A stretch of DNA of 64,000 nucleotides, taken from the NCBI GenBank assembly GCA_002633005.1, contig NMRA01000473.1, forward strand, positions 1-64,000. The letters run 5' to 3'. The notes under the pieces were generated by a model that saw only the letters and a list, made by a program, of their open reading frames with translations, was not told where the DNA came from and made no database searches. Both the position numbers and the translations under genes were made by a program. Below, in pieces: positions 60,750 through 64,000 of this stretch. Numbering within the stretch: the first letter of the stretch is position 1; every line of letters starts with the position of its first letter. The DNA comes from Phoronis australis (taxonomy: Eukaryota > Animalia > Phoronida).

Positions 60750-63420
60750 ATAGGATTCATCAAATTTACGCACTGTGACGTATCTGTAACTTATGACAGA
60801 CTTTCTTCAAAACTGTGGTGCATTGCTATCAAACTTTGTTGTTAAATTACGATCTCTTATTTTTTGAAAAATGTGCTGAAATCCCTGAGCGAAAACTTGC
60901 CGACTGATGCATCACTGCCTCATGATCGTCGATAGGGAACTTGAATTTTTGAGTAAAAATACAGTTATTACCCATCAAATTACCTGAAATCCTCCTTAAC
61001 TTTTCCAAATAGCCTCAAGATTTTTAAGTTCCTGTGAAGTCGGGATTAAACGCAGATTAAGTCCAAATCTGCACTAGATTGCACCACGCAACATGAGAAA
61101 ATCTGGACGAACACACATGTTGTTATCACGTGACGTTTGTTTTGCAGTTAGTCTGCAGGTGTGCGTCGAGTGAGCGAGCGCGTGCGTGTCATCAGAGATC
61201 ATTTGCCAGAGTAGCCAACATATATATAGGCCCTAGCGTGCACTTCTTGGCCTCGGGCTCATTAACACTGGTCAAGTTTCGATTCGCGGTTTTTATGTGT
61301 ACAAAGTAATCTGAATTCTTATTGAGGAAGAAGATCTGGGGAAGATACAATAAAATCCCGTTGACCAGTACGCGTCTGTTCTGAAAGGCCTGACTATAGT
61401 GGGAAACGTTCCTCACAAGATCAGCAAAACTGCGTTCTTTTTGAAGCACTGCGAAAGTTTGAAGTGCACAGCCACGGCTGTACCGACAAAGCGGCGAGGC
61501 TCGTTGTCTGGAAATTCCACGCACAATGATTTTTCAGGACTGTCGGATATTATTGATAAATTGAAGACATTACTGTACAATTTTAGAACTGTAGCTAAGG
61601 CATTTTTCGCGTGTGTACACGTTCATGGACTGGGCACTTATTTTAGCGAAGTCTGAAAATGAGTGAAGGCGCTTATAGGGGCATGGGCGCTTATTAGGAC
61701 AAAATTTTAATGTAAATAATTTTGGCTAAAATGACATTGCACATTACAATAAGAAACCAGTTCCAAGAAGTATGGCATTTCAATTGCTTTGAGCACATGG
61801 ACCTTACCTCCCCCCCCTTTTCTTCGTCTTGGACTAGTCCACAAATTCTTTTGTGCATGACCACGCACAGTGATCTTTTGTCTAGATAAATCGAGTAACA
61901 GGTGACATGTACTGAATCGGTGGGTATCGCACTGCGCCGAAGTTTTTTACTGCCGGAGCATCGACACGCTGAACAAACTGAACCTTAAATTCACGATAAA
62001 AACAACACACAGAGGAGAAAATTTATTCATGTTCATCTGGTTAATGATATAGTGCTTTTGCACTCTGAAAATTCGCTCGCCACCTGGGCGACCGGTAAGT
62101 CAACTTCTACTCGCCCAGCACCATTTTTACTCGCATTGGCGACTGGGCGAGTGGCTATAAGTATATCCCTGATTAGCCAGCCAGCAGCCAGCTAACTATA
62201 TGAAGACTGTCGTCAAAATACAGCTAGGTACCACTGTGTGTATTTCTTCTGTAGACCCCGAAATTGCAGGCAGCCAGGGTAGTTCTGCTCGTCACCGCGC
62301 CGTGAAACTTGTATCAAAATGTAAAGCTAAAGATCAGACGGGGTGCATGCAAATTCTGGGAATCAACCGATACTCACCTTGCCCGTTACAGCCGTTTAAG
62401 TGAAAAACAATGCAATAAACGTCATTTTCATGCTTAACTCTCCGCCTTTTCTAACAATGAAAAGTATGTCGTCGTTTCGAAAACAATACGCTCATGTCAT
62501 GCGCACGCGCCATTTCCTACATGTCGTGAACACATCCACTAAAACAAGAAACTGTAGGAACACCGCATTTATCCACCTTCACTCTTATCAGGCTTCTATT
62601 GTGAGTCAGCATGCGTGAATAATTGGCTGATAAGCCACCTCTGGAACTACTTTGGGCTGAATGGATGACCAGGCCATAAAATGATAATTAGCCAAGACCA
62701 GTTACTATAATGCAACAAAGAACAAGTAATAATGTCTTGCATCACCTAGCCTTGGTGGAAAGCTGTATACTGTATTGGCTCAAACAAACGCTTAGAAAAA
62801 TTCATTTCACGGGGAGGGGACGCTTATTGTAGTGAGCCTACGGCAGTTGAAACCCGGTTTCCCAAACGGGTAAAATCGGAAGCTAGGATTCATCAAATTT
62901 ACGCTCTGTGACGTATTTGTAGCCTATGACAGCCTTTCTACAAAATTGTGGTGCATTGCTATCAACTTCCGTTGTTAAATTACGATAATTTTTCAAAAAA
63001 TTGTGCTCATCACAGGGCGAAAACTTGCCGACTGATGCGTCGCTGAATCGCGATCGTCAATAGGAAAACTTGTACTCTTGAATAAAAATATAGTTTCGAC
63101 TCAACAAATTACCTGAAATCTTCCTGATGTTTTACAATTTTTAAAGTTCCTGTGGAGTCCAGATTAATTGCGATTAAGTCCAAATGTGCGCTACATCGTA
63201 CTCCACAACACGAGAAAAATCTCTGGATGAACACACATGTTGTTGTCACGTGACGTTTGTTTTGAAGGTCGTCTGCGTATGAGAGTGAGTGAGCGTGCGT
63301 GTGCGGGTCATCGACGATAGACTTTTTTGTTACAAAAGGCGGAGGATTATGCAAGAAAATGGCGTTTACTAGATTGTTTTTCACTTAAACGGCTGTAACG
63401 TGCAAGGTGAGTGCGCTCGC
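60750..63420. repeat. Cluster of fragments of one unclassified repeat family
   Basis: About 60751-61192 and 62884-63312 are diverged direct copies starting TAGGATTCATCAAATTTACG; about 62372-62475 is an inverted match to 63310-63412. Confidence 0.7.
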
Positions 63421-64000
63421 AGAGTCACATCTCGGAAGTTTCCGGTTTGACGGATGACAAAGAACGATCTCAATGAAATTACACAAAGTCGTTTTAGAGC
63501 TTGTAATAGCTATACAAAACGTATTTTGAGTATTAAAATGCATTTTTTCCAAAACCTAAATAACACACGGAGTAGTTCTACATTTATACAATCCTAACTT
63601 GGGTCCTATATTTTTGTATTCGTGCGCGCCGAATGAAAGTAATCGTGAGTGTTTCTGTGTTGCAAAATCTCTTATCCTGGGCCGATTTGAAAAATTCAAA
63701 GTTGTATTCGTATTTGTTTTCGCTCCTCTTTTCAAATATTACAGTAAAAACTACGTAAAATTCTCTCCATAAAAAGTACAGTTGTTAGGCTAGACTGTAA
63801 TCAGCTGATCCTATCCGCATGAGCGAAGTCAATTATCCTCGCTCGTGACTCGATGAATAGAGCAGCTTGGCGGCATCCCTTTGACCATGAGCGGAGCGCG
63901 TCTCAGCCAAGGTGGATAAATACGGTCTAGTTCAATTTTCCATACCCCGCCGTTTACCTTAAACACCGGGGTTAGAACCAATTTTATTTAGTGGGAATGT

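Overview
AT-rich, intron- and transposon-rich animal genomic DNA, most likely from a marine invertebrate; it has one single-N join at 6186 and an N gap at 54761-55456. Three spliced genes can be rebuilt by hand. (1) The last two exons of carboxypeptidase Q (CPQ, + strand, 744-2496). (2) A complete five-exon gene (- strand, 16454-7493, 586 aa) for a secreted protein in which a bacterial-type beta-propeller-like domain is fused to an intact ACP5/TRAP-like purple acid phosphatase; the whole phosphatase sits in the last exon. This is the most unusual item in the window. (3) A CatSper1 sperm Ca2+ channel subunit (- strand, at least 12 coding exons, 53851-27913, TLDDW filter) with a U12-type minor intron. 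The rest is mobile DNA: five copies or fragments of one THAP-bearing Kolobok family (including an apparent empty/filled allele pair), a second Kolobok family, Harbinger, ISL2EU-like, Tc1/mariner and CMC-type elements, L1/Tx1 and CR1/L2 fragments, Penelope-like elements carrying minimal hammerhead ribozymes, and many minisatellites. All calls come from reading the sequence and recalled family motifs; no searches were run.
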